Assembly: GCA_024637035.1 (NCBI GenBank)
Contig: JAGXFW010000023.1
Span: forward strand, 217,139 to 281,138
From: Actinomycetes bacterium
Lineage (GTDB): Bacteria; Actinomycetota; Thermoleophilia; RBG-16-64-13
Length of the DNA stretch: 64,000 nucleotides
Direction: 5' to 3'
In this document: positions 27,871 through 37,617 of the stretch, piece by piece
Numbering within the stretch: position 1 is the first letter of the stretch
Layout: each line of letters opens with the position of its first letter
Made by a program: the position numbers and the translations under genes
The notes under the pieces: generated by a model
The model's database searches: none
What the model was told of the DNA's origin: nothing
Seen by the model: only the letters and a program-made list of their open reading frames with translations

Positions 27871-28988
27871 GAGTCGTACCGTCTCACGACCTGATACAGC
27901 GTGTCGCGCTCTACGGCCGCGCGCCCCGTGTCCTGGATGATGCGCACCAACTCGTTCCGCGAGACCGCCTGCCCCGCTTCCGAGCCCGCCGCCTTGGTGA
28001 TCGTCTCCTCCACGATGGTGCCGTCGACATCGTCCACGCCGAAGAAGAGGCTGATCTGGGCAAGCTTGAGCCCGATCATCACCCAGTACGCCTTGATGTG
28101 GTCGAAATTGTCCAGCATGAGGCGGGCCACCGCCAGCATGCGCAGGTCGTCTACCCCGGTGGTGGGAGCCAGGTCGGAGAGCTTGGTGTTGCGCGGGTGG
28201 AAGGCCAGGGGGATGAACGCCTGGAACCCACCGGTCTCGTCCTGGGCGTCGCGAAGGCGCAGTAGGTGGTCGATGCGTTCCTCGAGCGTCTCGACGTGGC
28301 CGTAGAGCATGGTGGCGTTGGTGCGAAGGCCGCATCGGTGGGCGAGCTTGTGCACGTCGAGCCACTTCTCGCCCGAGATCTTCTTCGCGCACACCTGATC
28401 ACGCACGCGGCGCGCGAACACTTCGGCGCCGCCACCGGGGAGGCTGCCCAGGCCAGCGGCTTTGAGGTCCAGAAGCACCTCTTCCTCGGTCATGCCGCTC
28501 TGTCCGGCGAAGTGCACGATCTCGGAGGCCGTGAACGCGGTGAGGTGCACCTCGGGAGCCAAGGCGTGGAGTTCGGCGATCATCTCGCGGATCGAGGAGT
28601 ACGGCAGATCGGGGTGCTCGCCTCCCACGATGTGCAGCTCGGTGATGCTCTCGACAAGCGAGCTGCGGGCCCGGTCGAGCACCTCCTCGAGACTCATCGT
28701 GTAGGCACCCTCTTCGCCGTCGTCGCGAGAGAAGGCGCAGAAGTCGCACCGGTTCTTGCACACGTTGGTGTGATTGATGTGCCGGTTGTTGATGAAGAAC
28801 ACGTCGTCGCCCACCTTGCGCCGACGGGCCTCGTCAGCCAGCCGACCGACCCGGAGCAGATCGGGGGTGGTGAGGAGGGTGAGGCCGTCGGCGGCGGAGA
28901 GGCGCTCTCCGGCCCCGATCTTGGCCTCGATGGTGGCCATGGAGTCGAGTGATGAGGGTGGTGTCATGGCAGGGGCAGAGTCTACCAC
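27867..28988 (-). CDS. radical SAM enzyme of the MqnE/MqnC family (aminofutalosine synthase / cyclic dehydroxyfutalosine synthase)
   Basis: CKNRCDFCAF CxxxCxxC. Paralog of 25937..27025 (FINNRHINHTNVC vs FIIDRNINYSNVC). Confidence 0.7.
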   Translation of the reverse strand: MVDSAPAMTPPSSLDSMATIEAKIGAGERLSAADGLTLLTTPDLLRVGRLADEARRRKVGDDVFFINNRHINHTNVCKNRCDFCAFSRDDGEEGAYTMSLEEVLDRARSSLVESITELHIVGGEHPDLPYSSIREMIAELHALAPEVHLTAFTASEIVHFAGQSGMTEEEVLLDLKAAGLGSLPGGGAEVFARRVRDQVCAKKISGEKWLDVHKLAHRCGLRTNATMLYGHVETLEERIDHLLRLRDAQDETGGFQAFIPLAFHPRNTKLSDLAPTTGVDDLRMLAVARLMLDNFDHIKAYWVMIGLKLAQISLFFGVDDVDGTIVEETITKAAGSEAGQAVSRNELVRIIQDTGRAAVERDTLYQVVRRYDS

Positions 28989-29166
28989 CCGAGGCGGCGT
29001 ACCCGCGGGCGCGCCCTACTTCGCGCGGTACTACGATGCCCTATCAGCCCCTGTTTGCCGGCGAATAGGCGATGGGAACAACGCGTTCCGTCATTGCGTC
29101 CAAGCCTTCATCCGGCGGGGCGATCGCCTCGTCCGAAGGCATTCCGGAGGAGAGGGGAGGGGCACC

Positions 29167-29895
29167 ATGTCACGTCGTATCACCCTACTAGTGGCTGCAC
29201 TGCTTGCGCTCGCGCTGATGGCGCCGGCGGTCGCCCAGGCAGCCGACACCACGACGTACTCGTTCTCGGGGAAGAACGCCGATGCCGGCACCTGGGTCGA
29301 GTTCCGCAACGGTGGCTACGAGGGCCTCTGGATCTGGGGCGGGACGCTCACCAGCAAGATGATCGGCGCCACAGCGAAGCCGGAGAGGATCAAGGGCACG
29401 TTCGGCTTCTTCCAGAAGGAGAAGTACCTCCCGGAAACCGCTACTCGCCGCGAGACCTACCGGCTGATGACGGTGCAGGAGGCACCCGCCACCTTCACCA
29501 CCGACAACAAGCTCACATCCGCGACCCTTTCCTTCCAGGCGCCGGCTCAGGTAGCCGTCTGGTACGACGAGATGCCGTGGGAGTGCGAGCCTGTGCCCGG
29601 CTCCCCCGATGAGTATGTCTGTCCCGAGCCGGACAGGGTGATCGACACGGTGGTCATAGTGAATGTCGACTGGACCGGATTCGGATCGCTGTCCCGCAGT
29701 TCGTTCATGTCCAAGAGCCGTACGGACGGCTTCTTCTACATCGACCGCTCCAACTACCAGACCCGGCAGGCCACCGCAGTCGGCTCGATCGTCGGCGCCG
29801 ACGGCACCGTCTACTTCGATGGGGCGCTCGACTACGGGAGCATCTATAACAGCAAGAGCTCGGGTCACATGAAAGGCATGTGGCCGGAAGGCTAG
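29167..29895 (+). CDS. secreted hypothetical protein (signal peptide)
   Basis: MSRRITLLVAALLALALMAPAVAQA signal; GGAGGAGAGGGGAGG Shine-Dalgarno. Long upstream ORF extension rejected. Confidence 0.5.
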   Translation: MSRRITLLVAALLALALMAPAVAQAADTTTYSFSGKNADAGTWVEFRNGGYEGLWIWGGTLTSKMIGATAKPERIKGTFGFFQKEKYLPETATRRETYRLMTVQEAPATFTTDNKLTSATLSFQAPAQVAVWYDEMPWECEPVPGSPDEYVCPEPDRVIDTVVIVNVDWTGFGSLSRSSFMSKSRTDGFFYIDRSNYQTRQATAVGSIVGADGTVYFDGALDYGSIYNSKSSGHMKGMWPEG

Positions 29896-29992
29896 CCCGC
29901 GGCTACATGAAGTCGTGCCCACACGGGGCTCCGCGAGGAGCCCCGTCGTCAGGTGGCGCGCCTGGGGAGCAGGGCACCCTCCTCCACGCGGA

Positions 29993-30030
29993 GCTATAAT
30001 CTGTATAATCAGACGGTCGCAGATTTTTCG
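29993..30030 (+). promoter_or_regulatory. AT-rich promoter/operator region for vapBC (two TATAAT hexamers, ATCTG...CAGAT inverted half-sites)
   Basis: gagcTATAATctgTATAATcagacggtcgcagatttttcg is strikingly AT-rich for this genome and lies 20 nt upstream of the AGAGGAGG Shine-Dalgarno of the antitoxin gene. Confidence 0.4.
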
Positions 30031-30047
30031 CAAAGAGGAGGCCGACC

Positions 30048-30320
30048 ATGCGAACCATCACCGCTACGGAGCTGGCTCGGAACCTCCGTGAGGTCCTTGA
30101 TCGGCTCGCAATCGAGGGCCAAGAGATCATCGTGGAGCGCAACAACTGCCAGGTCGCCCGTATCCTTCCGGGTCCGGGGCATCAGACCGCCCTCGAAGCG
30201 ATGGGCGACCTTTACCGCACGCTGCCCGCGGGGGCGGGAGCCGGCTGGCTCGCCGATAGTCGGGACCTCCCTGGAGCCGGAGCTCTCGACGACGAGGTGC
30301 GTGACCCGTGGGCTTCCTGA
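30048..30320 (+). CDS. type II antitoxin (Phd/YefM- or VapB-like)
   Basis: 90 aa, MRTITATELARNLREVLDRLAIEGQEIIVERNN typical antitoxin N-terminus; overlaps the PIN gene. Confidence 0.6.
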   Translation: MRTITATELARNLREVLDRLAIEGQEIIVERNNCQVARILPGPGHQTALEAMGDLYRTLPAGAGAGWLADSRDLPGAGALDDEVRDPWAS

Positions 30321-30715
30321 TCGATACGTGCGTGTGGATCGACGTCGAGAGGGGAGTCCTCGCCCCTGGCGACGTCGCCGCGTTCACCGGTGACCGGCCG
30401 GTATTCCTCTCGCCGGTTACCATCGCGGAACTCAGGTTCGGAGCGGAGACGGCGGCCGACCCCGGCGAACGACAGCAAAGACTGGCTGGCCTACGCCGAC
30501 TCCAGAACCGGCCCCTTGTCCAGATCGATGGCGTCACGGGGGAGGTGTTCGGGGCGCTGGCCGCTGAGATCCGCCGGGCCGGACGACAGCACCGGTATCG
30601 CGTACAGGACATCTGGCTGGCGAGCCAGGCGATCCAACACGGCTACGGCCTGCTCACCCGGAATCGCAGGGACTTCGAGGACATTCCCGGACTCGACCTC
30701 GTGGTGATCGGCTGA
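30308..30715 (+). CDS. vapC: PIN-domain toxin VapC
   Basis: FLIDTCVWIDVERG...LTRNRRDFEDIPGL; conserved acidic residues of the PIN fold. Confidence 0.75.
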   Translation: MGFLIDTCVWIDVERGVLAPGDVAAFTGDRPVFLSPVTIAELRFGAETAADPGERQQRLAGLRRLQNRPLVQIDGVTGEVFGALAAEIRRAGRQHRYRVQDIWLASQAIQHGYGLLTRNRRDFEDIPGLDLVVIG

Positions 30716-30782
30716 GCGTCCACGACCGCGGAAGTCGCTTCCGACGGTTGTCGAATGCGTCCAACCCCGGGGGTCCGACGCC

Positions 30783-31991
30783 CTACGACACGGCCCACCA
30801 CGGGCGCACCCGGTGACCACCACGGTCATACGAGTCATCCCCTCCGTAGGCCAAGACCCCACCCCCATCCCCCGACAAGCCCGTGTAGTAGTCGAGCCCG
30901 CGGAACGCGTCGCTCGCGATGGTCTCCCCCGCTTTGACTTCCACGGCAACGCGGTTCAGCCCGAGATCCACCACGAAGTCGACTTCGCGGCCGTGGCTGT
31001 CCCTCCAGAAGTAGAGGGGCGCTCGCTCGCCATGATGAAGGAAGACCTTTCGCAGTTCGCTGTACACCAACGTCTCGACGATCGCCCCACGCAGTGGGTG
31101 GCGGTGTATCTCGTCAGGTCCACGCACTCCGAGGAGGTGGCACAGCAACCCTGGATCGAGGAAGAACATCTTCGGAGTCTTCACGAGCCGCTTCGAGAAG
31201 TTAGCGTGGTGCGGCTGTACGAGATCGAGCACGTAGCCCGCGCGCAATACCGACAGCCACCGCTTGGCCGTGGTGTGCGTGACGCCGGCCTCAGAGCCCA
31301 ACGATGAGAGATTCACCAACTGCCCGGAGCGGGCCGCGCAGAGCCCGAGGAAACGAGTGAACGAATCGAGGTCACCCACTCCGCTCAGGCTTCGCACGTC
31401 GCGCTCCACGTACGTACGCACGTATCCGTCGAGCCACGCGGCCGGATCGAGGCCTTGATCGTGGATGCGCGGAAAGAGACCGGAGAACAGGACCTCGTCG
31501 AGACTGAACGGCGGTCCGGGCGAAACCGGCGGGCGGTCGTCCCCTCTTGGTCCAAACAGCTGAACGGGAGACAGTGCCGGTCGACGCGCGAGTTCGGCGA
31601 TCGAAAAGGGCATAAGTTCGAGGATCGCCACTCGCCCAGCAAGTGTCTGTCCCACGTGCTGGGACAGCAGAAGCTGTTCGGATCCGGTGAGGATCACCGG
31701 CCCCGATCTCTTGTCATCGAGGAAGCCCTGGAGGTACGAGAGAAGGTCCGGGGTACGTTGCACCTCGTCGAGCACTACGCCCGGTGCCCCTTCGAGGCGG
31801 CGCAAGAACCCGCGCGGGTCTTCCCGGGCTTCTTCTCGGTTCTGCAGGTCCTCGAGGGATCGGTAGTGGAAGCCGGGGAACGTGGCGCGAGCGAGCGTCG
31901 TCTTGCCCGACTGGCGGGGGCCGGTGAGAAGCACGGCCGGGAAGCCAGACGCCAACTCCTCGAGCCGCGGTGTCAGGGTGCGCGGGATCAT
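30783..31991 (-). CDS. AAA-family ATPase with DUF4143-type C-terminal domain
   Basis: Walker A GPRQSGKTT; start at MIPRTL (ATG 31989-31991), whereas the ORF track starts at an upstream TTG. Confidence 0.65.
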   Translation of the reverse strand: MIPRTLTPRLEELASGFPAVLLTGPRQSGKTTLARATFPGFHYRSLEDLQNREEAREDPRGFLRRLEGAPGVVLDEVQRTPDLLSYLQGFLDDKRSGPVILTGSEQLLLSQHVGQTLAGRVAILELMPFSIAELARRPALSPVQLFGPRGDDRPPVSPGPPFSLDEVLFSGLFPRIHDQGLDPAAWLDGYVRTYVERDVRSLSGVGDLDSFTRFLGLCAARSGQLVNLSSLGSEAGVTHTTAKRWLSVLRAGYVLDLVQPHHANFSKRLVKTPKMFFLDPGLLCHLLGVRGPDEIHRHPLRGAIVETLVYSELRKVFLHHGERAPLYFWRDSHGREVDFVVDLGLNRVAVEVKAGETIASDAFRGLDYYTGLSGDGGGVLAYGGDDSYDRGGHRVRPWWAVS

Positions 31992-32069
31992 GGGTCCATC
32001 GTACTCGTGCGTTCGAACTGTGTCAATTGAACATGAGAAGTTCAATCATCACACATCGACCTCGTGGCG

Positions 32070-32780
32070 CTACACCGAAGCGTGGTGCAGGGCGATGATG
32101 CTCCCGGCCAGGATCTCGTATCTCGGGTTCACCAACCCGGCCGTGCGCATGACCTCGCGCAGCGCGTCCGGGTCGGGAAAGCGGCGCACGGACGCGGGCA
32201 GGTAGCTGTACGCGAAGTCGTCGCCGGCAGTGACGCGCCCCAGCAGCGGGACGACACCATCGAACCAGAGGCCGAAGAACTCTCGGAACCCGATGATCTG
32301 CGGCCGGGTGATCTCGAGGCACACCACACGGCCACCCGGACGGCACACGCGCCCCATCTCCGAGAAGGCCCGTTCGATGTCGGGCACGTTCCGTATGCCG
32401 AATCCCACGGTGCAGGCGTCGAACTCGCCGTCGGCGTAAGGGAGGTCGAGAAGGTCGCCGCGCACGAAGTCCACCCAGAGTTGGTTGCGTCCGCTCTTCT
32501 CGCGGGCAACGGCCAGCATCTCGTCGGAGAAGTCGAGACCCACCACACGCCCGCGCGGCCCCACCGCGCGGCGCAGCGCGAACGAGAAGTCACCGGTGCC
32601 GCATGCCACGTCGAGAGCGGAGTCACCGGGTCCCACCCCCGCCAGCAGTACCCCGAGTTCGCGCCACCTGTGATGCAGGCCCGCCGTCATCAAGGAGTTC
32701 AGCAGATCGTAGCGACCGGCGATCGAGTCGAACATCGCCTCGATACGACGTGGCTCCGGGGTGGCGTCGACCGGCGTCAT
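32070..32780 (-). CDS. menG: demethylmenaquinone methyltransferase (UbiE/MenG family)
   Basis: FDSIAGRYDLLNSLMTAGLHHRWRE and DVACGTGD SAM motif; start trimmed to MTPVDATPEPRRIEAMF. Confidence 0.75.
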   Translation of the reverse strand: MTPVDATPEPRRIEAMFDSIAGRYDLLNSLMTAGLHHRWRELGVLLAGVGPGDSALDVACGTGDFSFALRRAVGPRGRVVGLDFSDEMLAVAREKSGRNQLWVDFVRGDLLDLPYADGEFDACTVGFGIRNVPDIERAFSEMGRVCRPGGRVVCLEITRPQIIGFREFFGLWFDGVVPLLGRVTAGDDFAYSYLPASVRRFPDPDALREVMRTAGLVNPRYEILAGSIIALHHASV

Positions 32781-32886
32781 CGAGCGGCCCCGCCGCCGAC
32801 CCAGCGCCACGGGCCGTCCGGGCCCCCGAGAAGACGCGTCCGGCAGCGGCTGTCCCATCGCCCTGGTCCCACAGCGTCACGGCGGA

Positions 32887-33795
32887 TCACGCCAGCACCA
32901 CCGCCGCCGTCGCGAAGACGAAGAACGCCACAGACAAGGTGCTGTTCACTCCCATGAAAGCCAGCCCCACCTTGGCGAGATCGGCGTTTCGCATGACCCA
33001 GTTCTCGTAGAGCAGAAGAGCCCCGCAGAAAGCGACGCCCAAGTAGTACACCAGCCCGACACCCGAGAGCGATCCCGCGAGGGACAAGAGGGCAACCGCC
33101 GCAACATGCAGAGCCCGGGTCGACCACAACCCCGCCTGCTGGCCCAGGTCGGCGGGGATCGAGTGCAGCCCCTGCTCCCGATCGAACTGCACGTCCATGA
33201 AGGCGTAGATGACGTCGAACCCGGCGATCCACGTCGCCACCGCGGCCCCGAGGACGAATGGCTCCCAGGTCACCTCACCGGTCACGGCCACCCAGGCCCC
33301 CACCGGCCCGATTCCGATCGTCGCCCCGAGGAACAGATGGCTGAGCCACGACCACCGCTTCACCAACGGATACACCACGAACATGGCCACGGGGATCGGC
33401 CACAGGTAGCGGGTGACCACCGGCAGATTGAAGGTCGCGATCACCAGCACAGCCAGCGAGACCACGCTGAAGACCCAGGCCTCGCTGTTCGAGATACGGC
33501 CCGCGGGCAATTCCCGGATCGCGGTGCGTGGGTTCAACGCGTCGATGCGCGCGTCCAGGAGCCGGTTCAGAGCCATAGCCAGACTCCGCGCCGAGACCAT
33601 GGCCACGGTGATCCAGAACATGGTCCAGAAGCCGGGGATCCGGACTTCAGCCAAGAAGGCCGCCGAGTATGCGAAAGGGAGGGCGAAGATGGTGTGCTCG
33701 AACTTCACCAACCGCCCGAAGACGAGCACGTACTCGAGCGCGGAGCCGAGGCGGCTCTCGCCGCGCGGCTCCGGCGGCGCCGCTGTGTCGGTCAC
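32887..33795 (-). CDS. UbiA-family prenyltransferase (MqnP-like, menaquinone side-chain attachment)
   Basis: ~9 TM helices, Asp-rich UbiA motifs (NRLLDARIDALNPRT; FDVIYAFMDVQFD). Confidence 0.7.
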   Translation of the reverse strand: MTDTAAPPEPRGESRLGSALEYVLVFGRLVKFEHTIFALPFAYSAAFLAEVRIPGFWTMFWITVAMVSARSLAMALNRLLDARIDALNPRTAIRELPAGRISNSEAWVFSVVSLAVLVIATFNLPVVTRYLWPIPVAMFVVYPLVKRWSWLSHLFLGATIGIGPVGAWVAVTGEVTWEPFVLGAAVATWIAGFDVIYAFMDVQFDREQGLHSIPADLGQQAGLWSTRALHVAAVALLSLAGSLSGVGLVYYLGVAFCGALLLYENWVMRNADLAKVGLAFMGVNSTLSVAFFVFATAAVVLA

Positions 33796-33796
33796 G

Positions 33797-35269
33797 CTAG
33801 CGACCCGTCCGGCCCGACGGGTCGCCGAGTCTGAGGTCGCCGAGCCCGAGGTCGGCCCACATGGCGTCCACCTTGGCGACCACGTCGGCGCTCATGGCGA
33901 TGTCGGGCGGCCACTCACGCGTGTGGCCCTCGGCCGCCGTCTTGCGGGTGGCGTCGATGCCCACCTTGCCGCCCCAGAAAGCGGTGGGCGAGCTGTGATC
34001 GAGAGCATCCAGCGGACCCTCGGCGATCACCATGTCGCGCTTCGGGTCCACGTTGTTGAACACGCGCCACGCCACCTGCCCATAGTCGTGCACGTCGACG
34101 TCGGCGTCCACCACGATGACGAACTTTGTGAACTGCAGTTGCCCGGTGCCCCACACAGCGTGCATGATCTTGCGCGCATGCATGGGGTACGACTTGCGCA
34201 GCGAGAGGATCGCGCAGTTGTGGAACACGCCCTCCATCGGCAGGTCCATATCGACCACCTCGGGCAGGGTGAGCCGCAGGAGTGGCAGGAAGAGCTGCTC
34301 GGTCGCCTTGGCGATGAAGCAGTCTTCCATGGGCGGCGCGCCCACGATGGTCGTGGAATAGATGGGGTCGGTGCGGTGGGTGAGCGCGGTCACGTGGAAC
34401 ACGGGGTACTCGTCGGCCAACGAGTAGTAGCCGGTGTGGTCGCCGAACGGGCCCTCGACACGCCGCTCGTCGGGGTCGACGTAGCCTTCGAGCACGATCT
34501 CGGAATGGGCCGGCACCTCTAGGTCGACGCTCACGCACTTCACCATCTCCACCGGCTCGCCCCGAAGGAAGCCAGCGAACATCATCTCGTCGATCATGCC
34601 CGGCAGTGGAGCGGTGGCCGCATACGTGACCGCGGGATCGGTGCCGATGGCCACCGCCACCTCCATGCGGCCCCCGGCCTCACGGTAGTGCTCGGCCGCG
34701 TCCTTGTGCAGATGCCAGTGCATGCCGGTGGTGTTCCGGTCGTACACCTGCAGGCGATACATGCCGGTGTTGCGCACACCCCTGCGGGGGTCGCGCGTGT
34801 ACACAAGCGGGAGGGTGATGAAGCGCCCTCCGTCGAGCGGCCAGCACTTCAGAACCGGCAGGATGCCGAGGTCCACGTCGTCGCCGCGCATGACCACGTC
34901 CTGGCAGACGCCCTTCTTCACCAGCTTCGGAGCAAAGTTCGCCAAGTCCTTCAGGCGACCGAGCGCCTTCACCTTCTCGAGCATACCGCCTGGCATCTCG
35001 AGATCGAAGAGATCGAGCACCCGCTGCCCCAGTGCCTCATACGACGGGGTGCGGAGAGCGAGTTGGGTGCGTTCGTGGCTGGCGAACTGGTTGATGAGCA
35101 CGGGCATGGTGGAACCCGTGACGTTCCGGAAGAGCAGGGCCGGGCCGCCGGCCTTCACCACGCGGTCGGCGATCTCCGCAATCTCGAGCACGGGATCTAC
35201 CGGATGGTCGACAACGGCGAGGTCGCCGCGCTCGCGCAGCGACCTGATGAAGTCACGGAGGTCTTTCAT
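33797..35269 (-). CDS. UbiD-family decarboxylase (MqnL-like)
   Basis: 490 aa, UbiD-family pattern throughout, e.g. VNQFASHERTQLAL and GPFGDHTGYYS. Confidence 0.8.
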   Translation of the reverse strand: MKDLRDFIRSLRERGDLAVVDHPVDPVLEIAEIADRVVKAGGPALLFRNVTGSTMPVLINQFASHERTQLALRTPSYEALGQRVLDLFDLEMPGGMLEKVKALGRLKDLANFAPKLVKKGVCQDVVMRGDDVDLGILPVLKCWPLDGGRFITLPLVYTRDPRRGVRNTGMYRLQVYDRNTTGMHWHLHKDAAEHYREAGGRMEVAVAIGTDPAVTYAATAPLPGMIDEMMFAGFLRGEPVEMVKCVSVDLEVPAHSEIVLEGYVDPDERRVEGPFGDHTGYYSLADEYPVFHVTALTHRTDPIYSTTIVGAPPMEDCFIAKATEQLFLPLLRLTLPEVVDMDLPMEGVFHNCAILSLRKSYPMHARKIMHAVWGTGQLQFTKFVIVVDADVDVHDYGQVAWRVFNNVDPKRDMVIAEGPLDALDHSSPTAFWGGKVGIDATRKTAAEGHTREWPPDIAMSADVVAKVDAMWADLGLGDLRLGDPSGRTGR

Positions 35270-35288
35270 CGGGAGGGGGTCCGCCCTT

Positions 35289-35933
35289 CTAGTCGCGTTC
35301 CTGCGCTAGGTAGAACGATACCACCATCAGTTCGGTGGACAGGTCCACCTGCCGCACGAACACCCCGTCCACGGGCGGCAACTTGACCGGCGCGAAGTTC
35401 AGAATGCCACGCACACCGGCCTCGATGACCTTCTCGGCGACACCCTGTGCCGCTTCCGCGGGAACGGTGATCACGGCGATATGCACGTCGTTCTCGCGTA
35501 TGAAATCGGCTAGTTCTTTCTCCGGCAGCACGCTGAGCTCATCGATGCGGGTGCCCACCACGTGACTCGAGCTGTCGAAGACGCCCACCAACTTGTAGCC
35601 TTCCTCACGGAACCCCCGGTAGCGGGCGAGAGCCTGCCCGAGTTTGCCGGCGCCACATATGACGACGTTCCACTGGTGATCGAGCCCCAAGCACTTGGAC
35701 AGCTCGGCGATGAGGAAGCTGACCTCGTAGCCCACCCCCCGTACGCCGAACTCGCCGAAGTAGCTGAAATCCTTGCGGATCTGTGCGGCGTTCGCGTCCA
35801 GCTTCTCGGCCAGCTCCTGTGAGGACACCTTGGCGACACCGTCCCGCTCCAACCGATGAAGCACACGCAGATAGCGGGCCAACCGGGGCACGGTAGCCTG
35901 CGGGACCCTCGCCTTGTCCAATGGATCGCCCAT
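35289..35933 (-). CDS. rex: redox-sensing transcriptional repressor Rex
   Basis: 214 aa, N-terminal wHTH (ATVPRLARYLRVL) and Rossmann NAD(H) domain VVICGAGKLGQALA. Confidence 0.8.
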   Translation of the reverse strand: MGDPLDKARVPQATVPRLARYLRVLHRLERDGVAKVSSQELAEKLDANAAQIRKDFSYFGEFGVRGVGYEVSFLIAELSKCLGLDHQWNVVICGAGKLGQALARYRGFREEGYKLVGVFDSSSHVVGTRIDELSVLPEKELADFIRENDVHIAVITVPAEAAQGVAEKVIEAGVRGILNFAPVKLPPVDGVFVRQVDLSTELMVVSFYLAQERD

Positions 35934-35943
35934 CCCTTCTCCT

Positions 35944-37230
35944 CTACTCGAGTCCGCTCATGACTTCCGCCGCCGCCTCGACCGTGTGGTCGATGTCGCC
36001 CTCGGTGAAAGCCGTGGAAAGGAAGGCAACTTCGAACTGACTGGGCGCAAGGTAGATGCCACGCTCCAGCATGCCGCGGAAGAAGCGGCCATAGCGGTCG
36101 GTGTCGCTGGTCTTCGCAGACGGGAAGTCGACCACCGGTTCCGCCGTGAAGAAGGTGGTGAGCATCGCGCCCACCCTCTGCACCCGCGCGGAGATGGCCG
36201 CCTTCGCCGCGGCCGCGATGAGCCCTACTTCGAGCCGGGCACCCAAGGACTCCAGGGTCTCGTACGCACCGCCTGCCGCCAACACATCGAGCGTAGCGAC
36301 ACCGGCGGCCATGGCGAGCGGGTTGCCTGAGAGCGTGCCCGCCTGATAGATCGAGCCTGCCGGAGCCACCCTCTCCATGATGTCGGCTCGGCCGCCGAAC
36401 GCCCCCACCGGGAGGCCACCGCCGATCACTTTGCCGAGGGTAGACATGTCGGGAGTGACGCCGTAGAGTTCCTGGGCGCCTCCATAGGCCACCCGGAAGC
36501 CGCTCATCACCTCGTCGAAGATCAGGATAGCCCCGTAGCGCGCGGTCACCGCACGCAGACCCTCGAGGAACCCCGCGGCGGGTGGCACGCACCCCATGTT
36601 GCCCGCCACCGGCTCCACGATCACCGCGGCGATCTGCTCCCCCACCCGCGAGAAGACTTCCTCTACCGCAGCTAGGTCGTTGAATTCGACCGTGAGCGTG
36701 TCGCGCGCAGTGCCCTCGGTCACGCCGGGGCTGTCGGGCAGACCGAACGTAGCCACCCCGGACCCCGCCGCCACTAGTAGCGAATCGCCGTGCCCGTGGT
36801 AGCAGCCGACGAACTTCAGGATGAGGTCGCGCCCCGTGAACCCGCGGGCCACCCGCAGAGCACTCATGGTGGCCTCGGTGCCGGAATTGGTCATGCGCAC
36901 CATCTCGACCGAAGGCACCGCCTCGACCAACCGGCGCGCCATCTCGACTTCCGAGGCCGAAGGAGTGCCGAAACTCGTGCCTTTCGAGAACGCCGCCTCC
37001 AGTGCCGCCACGACAGCCGGATGACGATGCCCCAGGATCATCGGACCCCAGGAGCCCACGTAGTCGAGGAACTCGTTGCCGTCGACGTCCCACATGCGCG
37101 CGCCCTGCCCGCGATCCATGAAGAGCGGCCGGCGACCCACAGCGCGCATCGCGCGCACGGGGCTGTTCACGCCCCCGGGCAGATACCTGCGGGCTTCTTC
37201 GAACAGTCTGTTGCTTGTGGTGTCGATCAC
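35944..37230 (-). CDS. hemL: glutamate-1-semialdehyde 2,1-aminomutase
   Basis: [15 protein letters not shown]..., class-III aminotransferase motifs; GTG start at 37230 ([14 protein letters not shown]). The ORF's 100-codon upstream extension was rejected. Confidence 0.85.
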   Translation of the reverse strand: MIDTTSNRLFEEARRYLPGGVNSPVRAMRAVGRRPLFMDRGQGARMWDVDGNEFLDYVGSWGPMILGHRHPAVVAALEAAFSKGTSFGTPSASEVEMARRLVEAVPSVEMVRMTNSGTEATMSALRVARGFTGRDLILKFVGCYHGHGDSLLVAAGSGVATFGLPDSPGVTEGTARDTLTVEFNDLAAVEEVFSRVGEQIAAVIVEPVAGNMGCVPPAAGFLEGLRAVTARYGAILIFDEVMSGFRVAYGGAQELYGVTPDMSTLGKVIGGGLPVGAFGGRADIMERVAPAGSIYQAGTLSGNPLAMAAGVATLDVLAAGGAYETLESLGARLEVGLIAAAAKAAISARVQRVGAMLTTFFTAEPVVDFPSAKTSDTDRYGRFFRGMLERGIYLAPSQFEVAFLSTAFTEGDIDHTVEAAAEVMSGLE

Positions 37231-37322
37231 GTGTGTCGCTCCGTAGGTCCGAGAGTCCCGAGGGCGGCAGAGGCGATCCGCGGATGCCCCCCAGCGCCGC
37301 CCCACGCAATCTACCACAGGGC

Positions 37323-37340
37323 TTGTGAAAACGTAAGCAA
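37323..37340. promoter_or_regulatory. candidate Rex operator half-match (TTGTGAA-AACG-TAAGCAA) upstream of hemL-rex
   Basis: Left half identical to the Rex box TTGTGAA; right half matches 4 of 7 of TTCACAA. Located ~95 nt upstream of the hemL start. Confidence 0.25.
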
Positions 37341-37617
37341 AGTAACGCGGCAGTGGAGCACTGCATCCCGCCCTTGCCGGTCGGGGCGGGTTATCGCGTT
37401 CCGCCCACCACTGCGCCAGACCACGCGGCGCGGCCCCCTCCCGACTCCCGGTGGGCACCCTGCATGCGCAGGGGGGGCAGACCTGCTCTCCGTGGGGTGC
37501 GCGATGTGACGGGAGTAGCGAGTCACGCCGCTTCATCATCCTCGGTCACCGCACAGCCCGAAACACATGATTGCGACCATCAGCGCTGGAGGGCGCTCCG
37601 AGATCCAGGGGGACGTC

